Assembly (NCBI GenBank): GCA_965285935.1
Contig: OZ260661.1
Location: 121,334,001-121,398,000 of the forward strand
Length of the DNA: 64,000 nucleotides
Direction of reading: 5' to 3'
Source of the DNA: Ophelia neglecta
Lineage: Eukaryota
Shown here: positions 51,898 through 64,000 of the stretch, piece by piece
Layout: the number at the start of each line of letters is the position of its first letter
Position numbering within the stretch: the first letter of the stretch is position 1
Program-made: the position numbers and the translations under genes
The notes under the pieces: generated by a model
What the model was told of the DNA's origin: nothing
Databases searched by the model: none
What the model saw: only the letters and a program-made list of their open reading frames with translations

Positions 51898-54499
51898 TTT
51901 GAGTTGGAGACAGTGCTAGAGAAAATCGTAATTCTAGGTGGTAACTGAAAAGTCAATGTCAATTACTCTGCTCCAAACTCACTCAATATTCATCAAGGCT
52001 ACCCAAGCTGTCAGAGCGTTGAGCTGGGAGCAGTAGTATGAAACATATGATACTGACATAGGGATATTAGCCGTGATTGGGGACGATGATGTACAGAATG
52101 GGGTGCAGACGAGAGCAGAGACAGCCAGAATCAACATACCTTCTCTATGGGGAGGTAAAATGATAAAAACACCCTACAGAGTGGGAAATGGTGGGGGAAA
52201 TATGGGGGCAATGGGGCCCAAGTTGTCAGGAGAGAAGTACCTGTCATGCTCCAACCACAGATGGGAGTTGGGAGGGGTGCAACAAATTGATTGAGAATAC
52301 AACACATTGATTAATATGGTCAGGCCACACACCATGAACCACCAGCATGTGCCAACTACACAGCTCATCTATTATCCCAAAATCCCAAAATTACAATAAA
52401 CGCTAGCAGTCCAAACCACAGGGTCAGACCTTTTTTCTGCTCCAGTCAAATCTGGATACAGAGTGTCACAATACACCACCATACCTCCCATGTGTTATGA
52501 CAATGGAGGCAGCCATCTGCAATACCACAAATATTAATAAAAACCATTCTCTTACACATGCTGGTTTTATATTACTGATGGGATAAATCTTCCCCATAAC
52601 AGTGTGGGATGGTGATTCAATACCACAAGGCCCCACCCTGAAAACAAAAAGATCTGAAAAACAATGCAGGAAAAAAATATGATAAATTATTTAATTATTC
52701 ATAGCACTGCTATTTATCAAAAGGCTGCCCAGCTGGTATGCCATGAGTTGTATTCAAATGACTTTCTTATTCCAACTCCTTGGCTGCATAAAAGATGACT
52801 TATGTAAAATCTTGCCCAAGTACAGTGGGACACTGTATACAACAACTGTCATTTCACTTTACCAGGTCTTTGAATTTACTTCTACTACACAAGGGAAAGT
52901 TCGAAGGCCAAGCTTAATAACTTTAAATGGCGAAGTGGCTTCCAATGGTAGAATAATTTATCATAATATTTTATTTTTAACAATTGCAAAGTGGCAATGT
53001 TCAGGACTAAGCAGCTTTATTTGCAAAAAATTCCCTCTTCATTGGTCAGCCGATTTTTCCCATCTGAGCCGGTGGTGAGTTAAAATCTCTCCCCCAAGTA
53101 CAGATGTAGAGTCAAAGTGGGCTGTGATTTCCAATCACCTATGGCCTGCTGTGCAATTGACATTAAACTACAAGTTAAAATGGCACAGATCCCATCCAGA
53201 TCAGTTCTCCATCATCTGATTTCAAATAAACAGGATTGGCTCCACCACATCAAAATAAACCACTCCTACCTAAACCAACACACATACACCAATAGCTATC
53301 TGCTTAAATTCCCTGTATATGTTGTATTCTGACAGGCAGAATGCTGAATATCAAAGCTATAGCCAGGCATGTGGTATATGGAGACAGTAGAATCTCAGGC
53401 TAACATCTCAGACCAATAAACAATGGAGAGATAGCGACTGTCTACAGAACAGATCTGCCTTGTTGTGAGCAGAGTATCATAAAAACAGACATGGCAAATA
53501 TCTATGTCTCCTCCAATATATCACATGCATAAACAAACTGGCTTTACAAATTCCCAACAACTGGTTTTTCTTTAAAGCATGAACAACATGCCTACATACT
53601 ATAATGTAAGTCACATATGCACAGCACTGTAATATCAACCAGTATCTAGTTATACTGAAAAAAAATCAATCCTGCAAACAAATTCTTGGCATAAACATGC
53701 TGAGGCTGGAGAATGGTTGTCCTGACTCCTCTAACTTTGTTACAGTGAAATATATTCTTAATAAAGGCACTCTCTAATTGTTTTGATTTCTTCCACCTGG
53801 TTTATGATATATAAATCTTAACTTGTATTATATAGGAAATCAGCTCACAGCCAGACAGTCAGGTACATCAAAACATCTTAGCACAACATTAAAACATCTC
53901 AGTCCTACATCAAACTGCCTGACACAGTCTTTGTGCTAGCCTGCAGCTAATCAACCTGACAGGACCAGCACACAAATCAACTTATTATGACACTTTCTTT
54001 TTCAAGTGGGGGCTTGTAACTAAAACATTTAATTTATATTTTATACTAAAAATACTATTTTAAACATATTAAATGGTTGTTAATAGAATATGGAAATACC
54101 ACTGGTATTCTCTTGACTAGAGCACAAACTAACCTGTCAACCAATAATAATTAAATATATACACATAAAGTCCTGTTTAATTACTTTACACAAAAAACTC
54201 TTCAGTATAGTTGAAATCCTAGGTGATTTCTAAACATTAAAAAGACTTCACATCTTATCTGAAATCAATCTAAATGAAGATACTGTTTCAAGTTTACAGA
54301 AGTAGTTCAGTATGTGTCATTCTACTGAGAAAAAAACAAGAAAACACGGCTACAATTTCACATTCAGAACGATCAAGATAACATCTAAATTGTACAGATG
54401 CAGTGTAAATATGTTTATAATTAGAACAGTGACAGGTTTCTTTTCATCTTAGCAAAATACGAAGCTTATAAAACATAGAAAAAAACACAGAGCTTACAA

Positions 54500-55400
54500 C
54501 CGCGGGAGAAAGAAGACATTATATCACATTCAGGAGACTGGTTTTTACCCACAAAAAACAGAGAGCTTAAAAATGACACAAGGTGATTGAGACAATTGAG
54601 TTTTAGAGTGTTGGCAGCCTGTCATCTATCTGAATACATGTACAAAACCACCGATACTCGTCTCCATGTAAACCTACTGATACTGGCTCATTCTGGTGGT
54701 CATGGATACATTAAGTGACATCGATAGTTTTTTTTAAATCAGAGAGAGTTAATAGAATTCAATGAGCATGACAATTTCCGTTTACGACCTATGATATGTG
54801 TAGTGAATAGCGAGAATGGCGACAATGAGATACTTGCATGGTTTCTCCTCATGAGTATGGTGAGATCTGATTCCGGGTCTGATTCACATTCGTGAGATCC
54901 ACACGAGAGGTTATTACCCATTGTAAATGACTGATTCTGACAATTCAGATGTAATCCACATTCTATAAAGCACAAAATATATTTGAGGCATCTAAGAAAT
55001 CTCCTTTGTCAGCTCACTGTTCACCCAGTCCTGAGTTAAGAAACAAAAAAACAAAGTTACCAGCATTTTCCATATCAAAATATCGCCGGCAGTTAGCCAC
55101 GAAACAAAAGTTATAAACTCTGGTTATTATTTGCCGGTGATACATTCAGCAAACCGTGTGGATGTTATTCAGATACAGTACACCGACTGCCAACAAAAAA
55201 AGGAGCAGAGGCCGTCCGCCGAGTGTGTGTGCCAAGTGACCGACCTGGCACTGCTCACAAAGGTAATGAGGATGTTTTTAATGTAGGAGCCAGGTAACGA
55301 GGTGCAGCGGGACGGCTGGTCTTCTGTACGTGGTCTGTCCGTGGTCTGTCCGTGGACCACAGGTAGACTGTCAGTGGTGGTGCCGTTATCGGTGGAGCTG
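54500..55400. promoter_or_regulatory. Large CpG-retaining region, candidate promoter or first-exon region
   Basis: Dense CpGs over ~900 bp; contains candidate minus-strand exons. Confidence 0.4.
54834..54921 (-). CDS. Candidate first coding exon MGNNLSCGSHECESDPESDLTILMRRNHA, with an N-acylation-type N-terminus
   Basis: ACAATGG Kozak context, MGxxxS plus Cys7, upstream acceptor 'tattttgtgctttatag' with exon start at 54962. The donor is weak (CAA|GTATCT, phase 1). Confidence 0.3.
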
Positions 55401-55432
55401 GTCCATGTGAGGGCCAGTCTGTCTGAGTATGT
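55259..55432 (-). CDS. Candidate 174-nt phase 0-0 exon (TYSDRLALTWTSSTDNGTTTDSLPVVHGQTTDRPRTEDQPSRCTSLPGSYIKNILITF)
   Basis: Acceptor 'ccttctgtag', donor TTT|GTGAGC, GC/CpG-rich, open frame. Confidence 0.25.
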
Positions 55433-56749
55433 CTACAGAAGGTATATTAGATCTACCTTGGCATTTATCGCCTGATATTTAATGGTCTCTGCCAGGTATC
55501 CCAGCCAGAGGCCACCCTACACCCTCACACCTCCACACAGCCTGTCCTCACTTGCCAATGCCATTGGTAGCCTCACACTGGCTATCCTGTGGCTATTCCA
55601 AGGCCTCCCTGGCTACTTGTGAGATGCTGGGGCTGATATCCATGGCTCTCTGATATCTCCTGTTGCCTTCTTGTCTAGTGATCCTCACAGTGCCTGTAGC
55701 CTCCCTTCTCCACATCATCCATCATCCCTGGAATAGTCCTTTTTGAACTCACAACTCCCTTTTGTCCAGACTCAATAACAAATTACCCAGAAATTTAACC
55801 CGGTAGTGCCACACGCTCCCTAAATATCTGGTGATTTGTATAGATATATCTGTGAGTCCAGGTGTGGCTGTATATCTGGCTGTGTAGTTCTCACCTCAGC
55901 CTGCCACTCATGTTTATAGTATTGTCCATCTCCCAGGTTATACCTCAGTATACCTGACAAGATACCAACAAGACGGAGAGTAAAACACTGATTGCACTAG
56001 GCTCTGGGAATTCACCTGATCTTCTCTTGGGAGACAGCAGGCAACATATGTGCCACCAGCCCTTTACCTCTAATTAAATGTAAACTCCCATCATGCCCCC
56101 TGCTTCCTAGGAACCCTGAACCCATATAAACTATACTACACACTGTACAATCATAACCTGGCAGGCTATAGTACTTCCTGAGTGGGATGCTACAAACAAC
56201 TTCCTATCACTTAAAATACTTCTATCTTCCTAACCTAAACATATCAGAAAAGAATACTGTTTTCTAAATTGATCTATAAAATAACACTTGTCTGGCATTA
56301 ATCAAGGTGCTGAGATTGCTGGTAGGACCCAAGAAATCTGCATCCAGGTTGATTACACTCTGATGCTGGTATAAAGAAAAAATTGGAACTACAACATATA
56401 TTGTTGTGGGTGAGATTTAATGTAGGTTGTCTAATGGCTGCTGTGAGAAGACAGAAATATGCCCCAAGGAGTTAGAATGGTTATTAAACATGTTGTAGTA
56501 GTGAGTGGAACTGGCAAACGCTAGGATCCGGATCCGGGCCAGATGAGGCTATTGTTCCAGGGCTAACCCCTTGCTATTTAGTATATACGTGCAGCCATAA
56601 CAGGAAGTTGGCATATTAGAAAGCTTCTAGAAACTTTCTGAGACAGTTTGAAGAGAGTAAAGAGGGCCTGATCGTCTCCGTACCACATCCTCAGCCAGGG
56701 AGACCTTCCCAGGGTGTCCTGGTCTTGTACAGGAATCTGGGTGATAGCT

Positions 56750-56933
56750 CACATCTACAAGGTACCTCAGAGATGTCAGTAGGGTAACCACCTCTAGAGA
56801 TGCCCTATCATGGTAGCCAGAGATGTCAGTAGGGTCACCTCCACTACAAGTCTCCAGTCAAGGTACCCCAGAGATGTAGGGTCACCTCCTCTACAGGCAC
56901 TGCTCACAAAGCTAATGAGACAGAGATGTCAGT
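56750..56933. repeat. Diverged tandem repeat (cagagatgtcagtagggtcacc), ~4 copies
   Basis: Motif recurs at ~56768, 56818, 56870 and 56921. Confidence 0.7.
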
Positions 56934-59900
56934 AGCGACACATTCTCGAGGGGTCTTCTATCGATGGGACGGTCACCTCCACAATTGTACTCATCATTCC
57001 CAGATTAGATCACTGTATGTTGCGTCCAATGGTACAGACATCCGGACTTGGCAGGACTTTACATATCATACACATGATAAAACATTGTTAATACACTGGA
57101 CCCTCTAACATTAGTCTGTTTGGTTATACTGTAATACCTCTGTGTAATATGTCTGTGCTGTATAACAAGAGACAGAAGACAGGCAGTGATTCCTGTATTC
57201 GTACATTGCCAGTGGAGAAGTACATGAGATTGTTTTCCTTCAGGCAGTCTAGATTCTCTCTAAGGCTTCATTATCAATCACAGGGCTCTTAGCTACCTTG
57301 ATTGCTACATCTACTTCCTTCACTTTTATTGCCGATTGGTAAAAGAAGTGCTTTTCTCTGTAAGAGCCTTTTCTAAGTATGAGCACCTGCTTCAGATATG
57401 TGTTAATCCCTTTCCATCATGCTGCAGCACATCCTGTTATAACATAGACTTCAGACAGGATACAATAGGACATGGGAAGACATATATCCCCTATTATAAA
57501 TATTACAGAAAAGCCTAATCCTTCACTGCTCAACTTTGACATTTACATACCATGTACACCTACCCAAAAGGAAAGTGACTTTCAATACCTGTGTGGACTT
57601 ACAACTTAATACTTTCACCAAATTAATACCTTGAAAATGGCCTAACACATTTGTGTTTGTCATTAGTCAGTATGAAATCTTCATCTATGGCCTCTGCCTT
57701 CTACTCACTCTGTGGGGATTATGGTTATGGGGTGACATGATATGATACAGTGGATGGGGAGGATGGAAAGACATGGGAGTGCAGGTGCAAATCCTACAAT
57801 TTAGAATACTGTCTCAACAGGGTTGGTGGAGGCATGGGGGGGGGGAGGTTGGAATGAGGGGGATGCCCTCCCACAAGGAGGGGGGTACCTTATTTCTGTA
57901 AATATACCAGATTTTCTAGAAGCTTGCTGGTGGGTCTTGTACAAGATAAAGGTGAGTATTGACCCCCTCCCCCTGTATACTCTGTGGCTGTAGCTGTAAT
58001 CATTGTGTGGGAGAGTTCTGCTCCCTGACAGGTGAGGGACAGGCGCCTCACACTGCTACCCAGATTACAAGTCCAATATCAAATATTTGCCCCTATTTGA
58101 TATTGAAAGCCATAGACACTAGGTTGAAGCACGGGTGATGAACCATCAATTAGAAATACCAATAGGATGTGGCAAACCTGGCAAGGAGCTTCATCCCTTC
58201 TCAGGAAACTTGGCACATCAACACTCAAAAAACTGAATTTTTACCTGGATATCTTAACAACCCTATTTGATTGGAAAGGAAACCTTGAGATTTCTCTTAT
58301 TAACATGTAGTGGTGATACCCCAAGGAAACAAGGAGTGCACAGGAGCACATTGATGTGGCTATCTAGCCACAAGATGAAAAATAAACTTCAGGATTGACA
58401 CCTCCATCATATAACATAACCAAACAGATGATAAGAAATAGTTCAGAAATCAAAGCATATTTACAGCACAGTAGCCACATAGCTGAGAAGAAGGAATGCC
58501 CCACAGCAGAGACTGGAGGCCCCCCTAACAGAGAAAGTGGCCCATACACACCTGGTTAGGCTATGATTAATGACAGCAGATTAGCCTGACTAGCAGGCTG
58601 ACCAGCAGGTGACCGGTCAGAGAGGGTATAGTACCTGGAGGTTCCCTGAACCTGACCCAGCCCAGCCTGGTCTGAGGGCGCCCTACTCCAGCGAGATGGC
58701 ATCACTTCCTGACATAAAAGTGTGAGGATCAGTAGAAATATGTAAAGCCAGGGTCAAGTTGTTAACCCTTCCTTTGATCTTACCTGGGGGCTGAGATACA
58801 GGTATGTCATCTCTCCTATCTCTGGCTCTCCCAGCACCAGGCTAGACTCTCTGGGGCAGTGGTCAAAGTACAGAACCGTATACCAGCTGAGGGACTCTCT
58901 GTGAGAGATTATAGCTCAGAATGTCTGAGAGTAATGGCAGGAGTTTTGACATAATAGTGGTATAAAGTGACCGGCTGAGTGGGCTCTTCATTCAGTCTGG
59001 TGCAGAAGAGTGACCACACTTTGACCAAAGGCTGACCACTTGATAGCCACCTGCCCCTCTTATAGCTCTTCTGATATGGCCATCCAGCCTGTCTGCTATG
59101 ACCCTCCACCCTGTCATCAGTCTAACCCTCACCCTGAGATAGCCTGCCATCCCAGAGTATTGGAGATGGATCAGCCCTTTTAACAGTTCATAACCTGACA
59201 TATTCTGATGGATTGGTGAGTAGCAGATTGTCGTCAGATGACAGACATATCAGGGTTATGAGAGGGGGTGTTGTACTATCAGTCAGACAATACCCTGTCC
59301 TTTACAACTCCACCACAGGCCTATTAGATTCCATTTGTCCCTTGACTACTCAAGAGCTTGATGGTTTAGTTCTTCACAAGATGAAAGCTTAGTCAATACA
59401 ACTCTGTAAAAGCCATATTTGAGTATTTGACGTAGCGGCTGTTACAGAGAAGGGTCTAGATATTCATTTCATGACTGGGCTTGGAAGGGTCATACTAACT
59501 ATAGTGATGACAGTACCTTTACTTAAATACAAGGGAGTTCATATTAGTCACCAGCAGAAGCAGTCAAACACGGTTATGATCATCACTGGGGCCGGTGCTT
59601 TCAACTTCAATACTCCCAATAGCTGTCTGAGAACAGGCAAAGTTCACTGTCGGTTATAAATGCCAAAAGCTTGAAAACAAAGTCATCAAAGTTATAGCAT
59701 TTCATGTTGTGCATATCAATGTGATGGTGACAGTAAGTGAAGCTGACAGTGTTATTGCTGGTGTTTTTGCCAGGGTTATTGCTGTGTTTTTCGGTAGTAG
59801 ATCCTTAGATGCCACAGGCTCTGCTACTGCCATATTAGGTGTTGTAATGATATTTAGAAATGGTAATGATAACTATTTATCGTCTGTGCCTGGTCTGTTT

Positions 59901-61269
59901 ACCATACATGAATAACATCACATGTATATGGAATGACAAGTAGGAATATATAAAATCTTAATGACAGTAAATGATGTGAAAATGTTAACATGGTACTCAC
60001 AGGGCGGCATCTGACTGGCAAATGATGAGAAATCTCTGTCCTAATGGCTAACTATCCTCAAACAGTCAAATAGCCAGCCATAAGGCCAGGACACCTCCCA
60101 ACTGTCCTAAACAAACAAACCCGCACACTTGTTAGCCATCCTGCACATCACAGCAGATCAAACCGGGGAGGTGTCCTCCTCCAAAAGCCTCCTCACACCC
60201 CTCAATGTTTCAACATCAATCACACTATCACAAGGTGTAGGAATACTAATCTCATTTGCATGTTGTGTCCAGTTTTGGTCCAGTTTAGCTGTTGTGCAGC
60301 CAGGTGGAGTCTGCTGTTAGACAATGCTCACTCCAGATCTGGCTGTCACAGATAATCACCAGAACAAATATCAGATTGGCACTGGTCATGAAAGGCAAGG
60401 AAACACTTGAGATACTCTCCCCAGTACTGGTACAGACAGTCCTCAGACCCTCAACACCCAATTAAATGGACAATCTCAACTGGCCTTTCTAATATTACTG
60501 TCATTATCACAGTCATGGAATATTGTGAAAAATACCTACTTGTAGTGATGTAAAGCCAGTAAATTCTCATCACCACTGGACATGAGCTTGTCATATAACT
60601 ATCACACAAGTAATGGATGGTACTCCTCAAAAGGGATCATCAATTATCTGATTTGGCAGGAGGCTTGTAATGTTTAATTAATTCATGTAAGAATCGAGAA
60701 AGTGCTTTCTGGTCAGTGGCAGTATTTGCCATGACTCATAGGTGAGGCCCATCCTGGACAGACCCATTGACCAATATCGACATGCAAGTCTCACCAATTA
60801 CCAGGCATTCAAAACACATTCAAAACGATGGGCACAAAAGCACCAATCTGCCTGGTCTAATGGCCATAATGGGGTAAAAACTGACAAAAACTCTTGTTGA
60901 TCATGGCAACAGGCCAGGATGTTTGACCAAACAGAAAAAACCCAGACCAGCCATCTAAAGAGTGAGAGGTAGAAAGACTATACAAGAACCTGGCAGCTGG
61001 GTCGGGCTGGATCAAAGAGAACTTAACAGGCATGGGACAAGCTAATTGTAATGTCTCTTTGTACAGGCGGCCACAGTCCACTGTCCACCGTCACACCACC
61101 TACTACTTGTAATGTCAAAACTCTACACACTACCTGGACAATTTGTAATGTGGACATAAAGACAAAACAGGACAGCTGACTAGGGGGTATGGCAACACTA
61201 GTGACAGTTGTTCAGATGGCAGGTCATAATATTTCATGCTGATCATTTGGTGACAGTTGTGATTTTAAT

Positions 61270-61870
61270 GACCCCAGTTTCGCAAATGGTGATATTCACA
61301 CAAAGGGCCTCATTACAGGAGATTCAGTGGGATTAAAAAAATAATGATAAAAAATGAAAGAAAAACTCCGCCACCACTCCCATTCAATTTTCTGACAGAA
61401 GTTACAGAACAAAGACTGAATATTTCGGCTCCAATTTAAAGTTCACCACTCAGATCAAATTTGCCGAGTTCATTACAATGTATTGCTGCCACAGCCTGTA
61501 ATTTGGGTTTCGCTGCATGACTGTAAAAACATTTCTTTCAATAATCAGTTTATTGTTCCAGACGATCGAGAGGGTTGTGATAGATAATTAGGAGACTCAG
61601 TCAATTGGCCCACCTGCATTGTACACTTAAAGATGGCATGCAACTTCTTGCAAAATAATGACTTCGGCAGTCTCAATGAAAACCTTGCCAATTCCCGACA
61701 AAAGCATGTGTGCGCTGCCCTGTCATTTCTGTCTGCGGTTTCTTTCCAGAGTATAATATTGGAAAATAAACCCTTAAAATTGACGTTAACTATTTCCTTC
61801 CCCGAGTAGATTTAGTGGTAACAGTGCCTTGTCGGTAATTTCAGTCCCTTGAAAGCAGCCACAATAGACG
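61270..61870. promoter_or_regulatory. CpG-retaining non-coding island, candidate enhancer
   Basis: Locally high CpG in AT-rich unique sequence with no ORF. Confidence 0.3.
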
Positions 61871-62221
61871 ACTAGCCACATAAGTTTGATAGTCAGGTGT
61901 TCATTGTCTGCAGGTAAATGAGACTATTAAAGAGCATAAAGAGCATACAGACAACCCTACTCTGCTCACAGTCCCACTCCTAGATAACATCATTGGGAGG
62001 AGGGGGGGGGGGGGGGTCTAGAAGGCTTGGACAGAGGTGGTGTGCTAGAACCAGTCTTAGTGCTACAGCCACTTCACTGTTTTTGCTTTGTCAATTTTGA
62101 GTAGGTGGTGGATCTCTATCTGACTTAAATGGACCCCTGAGGTGGACCATCATTTCCATGCCAGATAGGAGGGTCTACACCAAGGGGTTCTACCATAGAT
62201 GGTGTGGGTCTGGGAGAGAAG

Positions 62222-62436
62222 GCACATCACATGCCCTGTAGCTGCTGTCTCAGGTGATGGGGGATTCTGGGGACCCTATACCCCTCTAACAGCCCCCTCC
62301 CCCATCCTCTGGATCCTCTAGTATCACACATCACATGCCCTATGGCTGCTGTCTGGGTGATGGGGGGGGGGGGAGGGGATTCTGGTGACCCCACTCCCCC
62401 TAACAGCCCCCTCCCCCCATGGAACCTCTAGTGTCA
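62222..62436. repeat. Tandem duplication, ~105 bp x2
   Basis: 'cacatcacatgccct..gctgctgtct..ggtgatgggg..attctgg.gaccc..taacagccccctccccc' occurs twice. Confidence 0.88.
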
Positions 62437-64000
62437 CCTGTAATCAGGTGAGAGATGTAACTAAACACTATCACATCTAGTCCCTCATCAATCCAGGAGG
62501 TGGTTAAAGTTAATATCTGCTGGCTCCTCTGATAATGATAGGGTTAAATCATCAGATAAAACAAATAATGGGCACATCTCACTAAGTTAACTAAGTGAAC
62601 ATGTACTCAGGACATCAAACCACATTAAACAAACACCTTAGTACCCTGGTTGGCACTAATTACAGAGAAAACCAGGAGGCAAGCTTCAAGTATAATGGAA
62701 GTCTATACATAAATAATATGATGCCAGAAAAATCATTACTTAGAGAAAACCATGAAAAATGAACATTAAGAGAACTAAAAAAACTTAATTGCTTTTCTAA
62801 GTAGACATTAATGATACTTATAACATGAACATGAAGTTGTATCAGATAAAATCTTACCATTATTTGACAAAATCTTTTAAATGAATTCAAGCCATGTCAA
62901 GTACACACTTCAAGATACAAAGAAATTAATGTCTCTTAAGTTTATTTACGCTCCAACTTTAGTAATCTAACCACGTCGAAATGTGTAAAATCTTACACGT
63001 AATTTAGCTCTTAGGTCCTGTAAACATGGTAAAACCTGCTACTCATCCAGTTGAACAGGATTCATACTACTTCACTGTGTCAATCCTGGCACTGCACTGG
63101 TTGTCCCATGGGAACTTGTCTGTCAATGTTACAAGGGGAATGGGTACTACACTGCCATTTATATTGTGAAATCAGAAGGGGGTAAGACACAGCCTAGCAC
63201 AGATTAAAGCTGATAATATGGTAATTTATACAGATAGCTGCTGGTTAGATAATCTAATGGAAGCTAAATCAACTTGGTATTGTTAACACTACTTGCCTAA
63301 ACCATTAAAAGGTAATACACTTCTCATTAGGTTTCTGTACCAAGTTAGAACGACTAATAAATGACATATTGCACCATGCCAGATTCCCCTGTGAATCAGA
63401 TCTGAGGAATGTTTGATGTTCTAAGGCAGGCAGCAAGTCTCACTCTCGCTCCTAAAGCAGCTTTTTCTACAGGGGAAAGAACAAAAACAGGTTGCTGGAC
63501 GAAGATAAAAAGTTAGAATTAAAAGGAAGTCAAGCTGAAATCTGTAGGCTGGGGAGTTAAAATAGGCCCGTAAACAATGAGACCAATCACACTGGCCCTG
63601 TAATATCCATACACCCCTTGTCACGCCACAATCATTTTATAGCCTACAAATCTCAAGCACAAGAGCCTAATGAACTCTTTAACATGCGGAAAAATTGAAT
63701 GGCTGTCTGAGGGAAGAAGGCAGGCTTCCAGTAGAGCCAGCCCTGAATGTTACTACTGTTTTATTGCCTCTAATTCATTATCAATTTTCAGCACAAGGAG
63801 GTAATGCAGGGTGATGTTAGGATGCGGGCAGCACATTGCCCAGTGGTAGTTGATGGCTGTAAGGAGAGCCTCCCACAGTTAGACAGGCCTCCCAATCTTA
63901 CTTCATCCCCCTGATCAGCACCACTGAGCCTTGATGATTCATCCCAACCAGAAAACAGGGATGTGAAAAATGAATATGCAGCCATGAATTTCTTGCCTGT

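Noticed and set aside
55325-55360. ACCACGGACAG resembling a REST/RE1 site
   Set aside because: The left half-site TCAGCACC is absent; the match is explained by an 11-bp tandem repeat.
57765-57782. Partial similarity to miR-71 (gaaagacatggg); also miR-124-like at ~40372 and miR-219-like at ~44467
   Set aside because: Each has mismatches or indels against the mature sequence and no precursor hairpin.

Overview
This is animal (metazoan) nuclear DNA, not prokaryotic. The background is strongly CpG-depleted (CA/TG-rich), with short CpG-retaining islands and about 17 tandem repeats or local duplications. I recognise no conserved protein domain, RNA gene, CRISPR array or transposon ORF. The two longest ORFs (294-295 aa) are largely minisatellite translations. 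The best reading is a very large intron or multi-promoter 5' region of an unidentified minus-strand gene. Support for that strand is qualitative: most strong splice signals I found are on the minus strand, and the plus strand looks A>T by eye (not computed). The clearest signal is a textbook recursive-splicing site at 45750/45751: branch point, long pyrimidine tract, TAG|GTGAGT. It is followed by a 57-nt RS-exon that ends in ATG|GTAAGT and is open only in phase 0. Weaker ratchet or microexon sites lie at 29036, 18118 and 11802. A series of ATG-initiated candidate first exons share a phase-0 donor; the best are 14311-14036, 31049-31005, 38520-38500 and 10763-10671. Two minisatellites carry function-like motifs: a 49-bp array of 3' splice-site mimics, and a 21-bp array of four TCAAGGTCA nuclear-receptor sites. 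All exon calls are ab initio and need RNA data.
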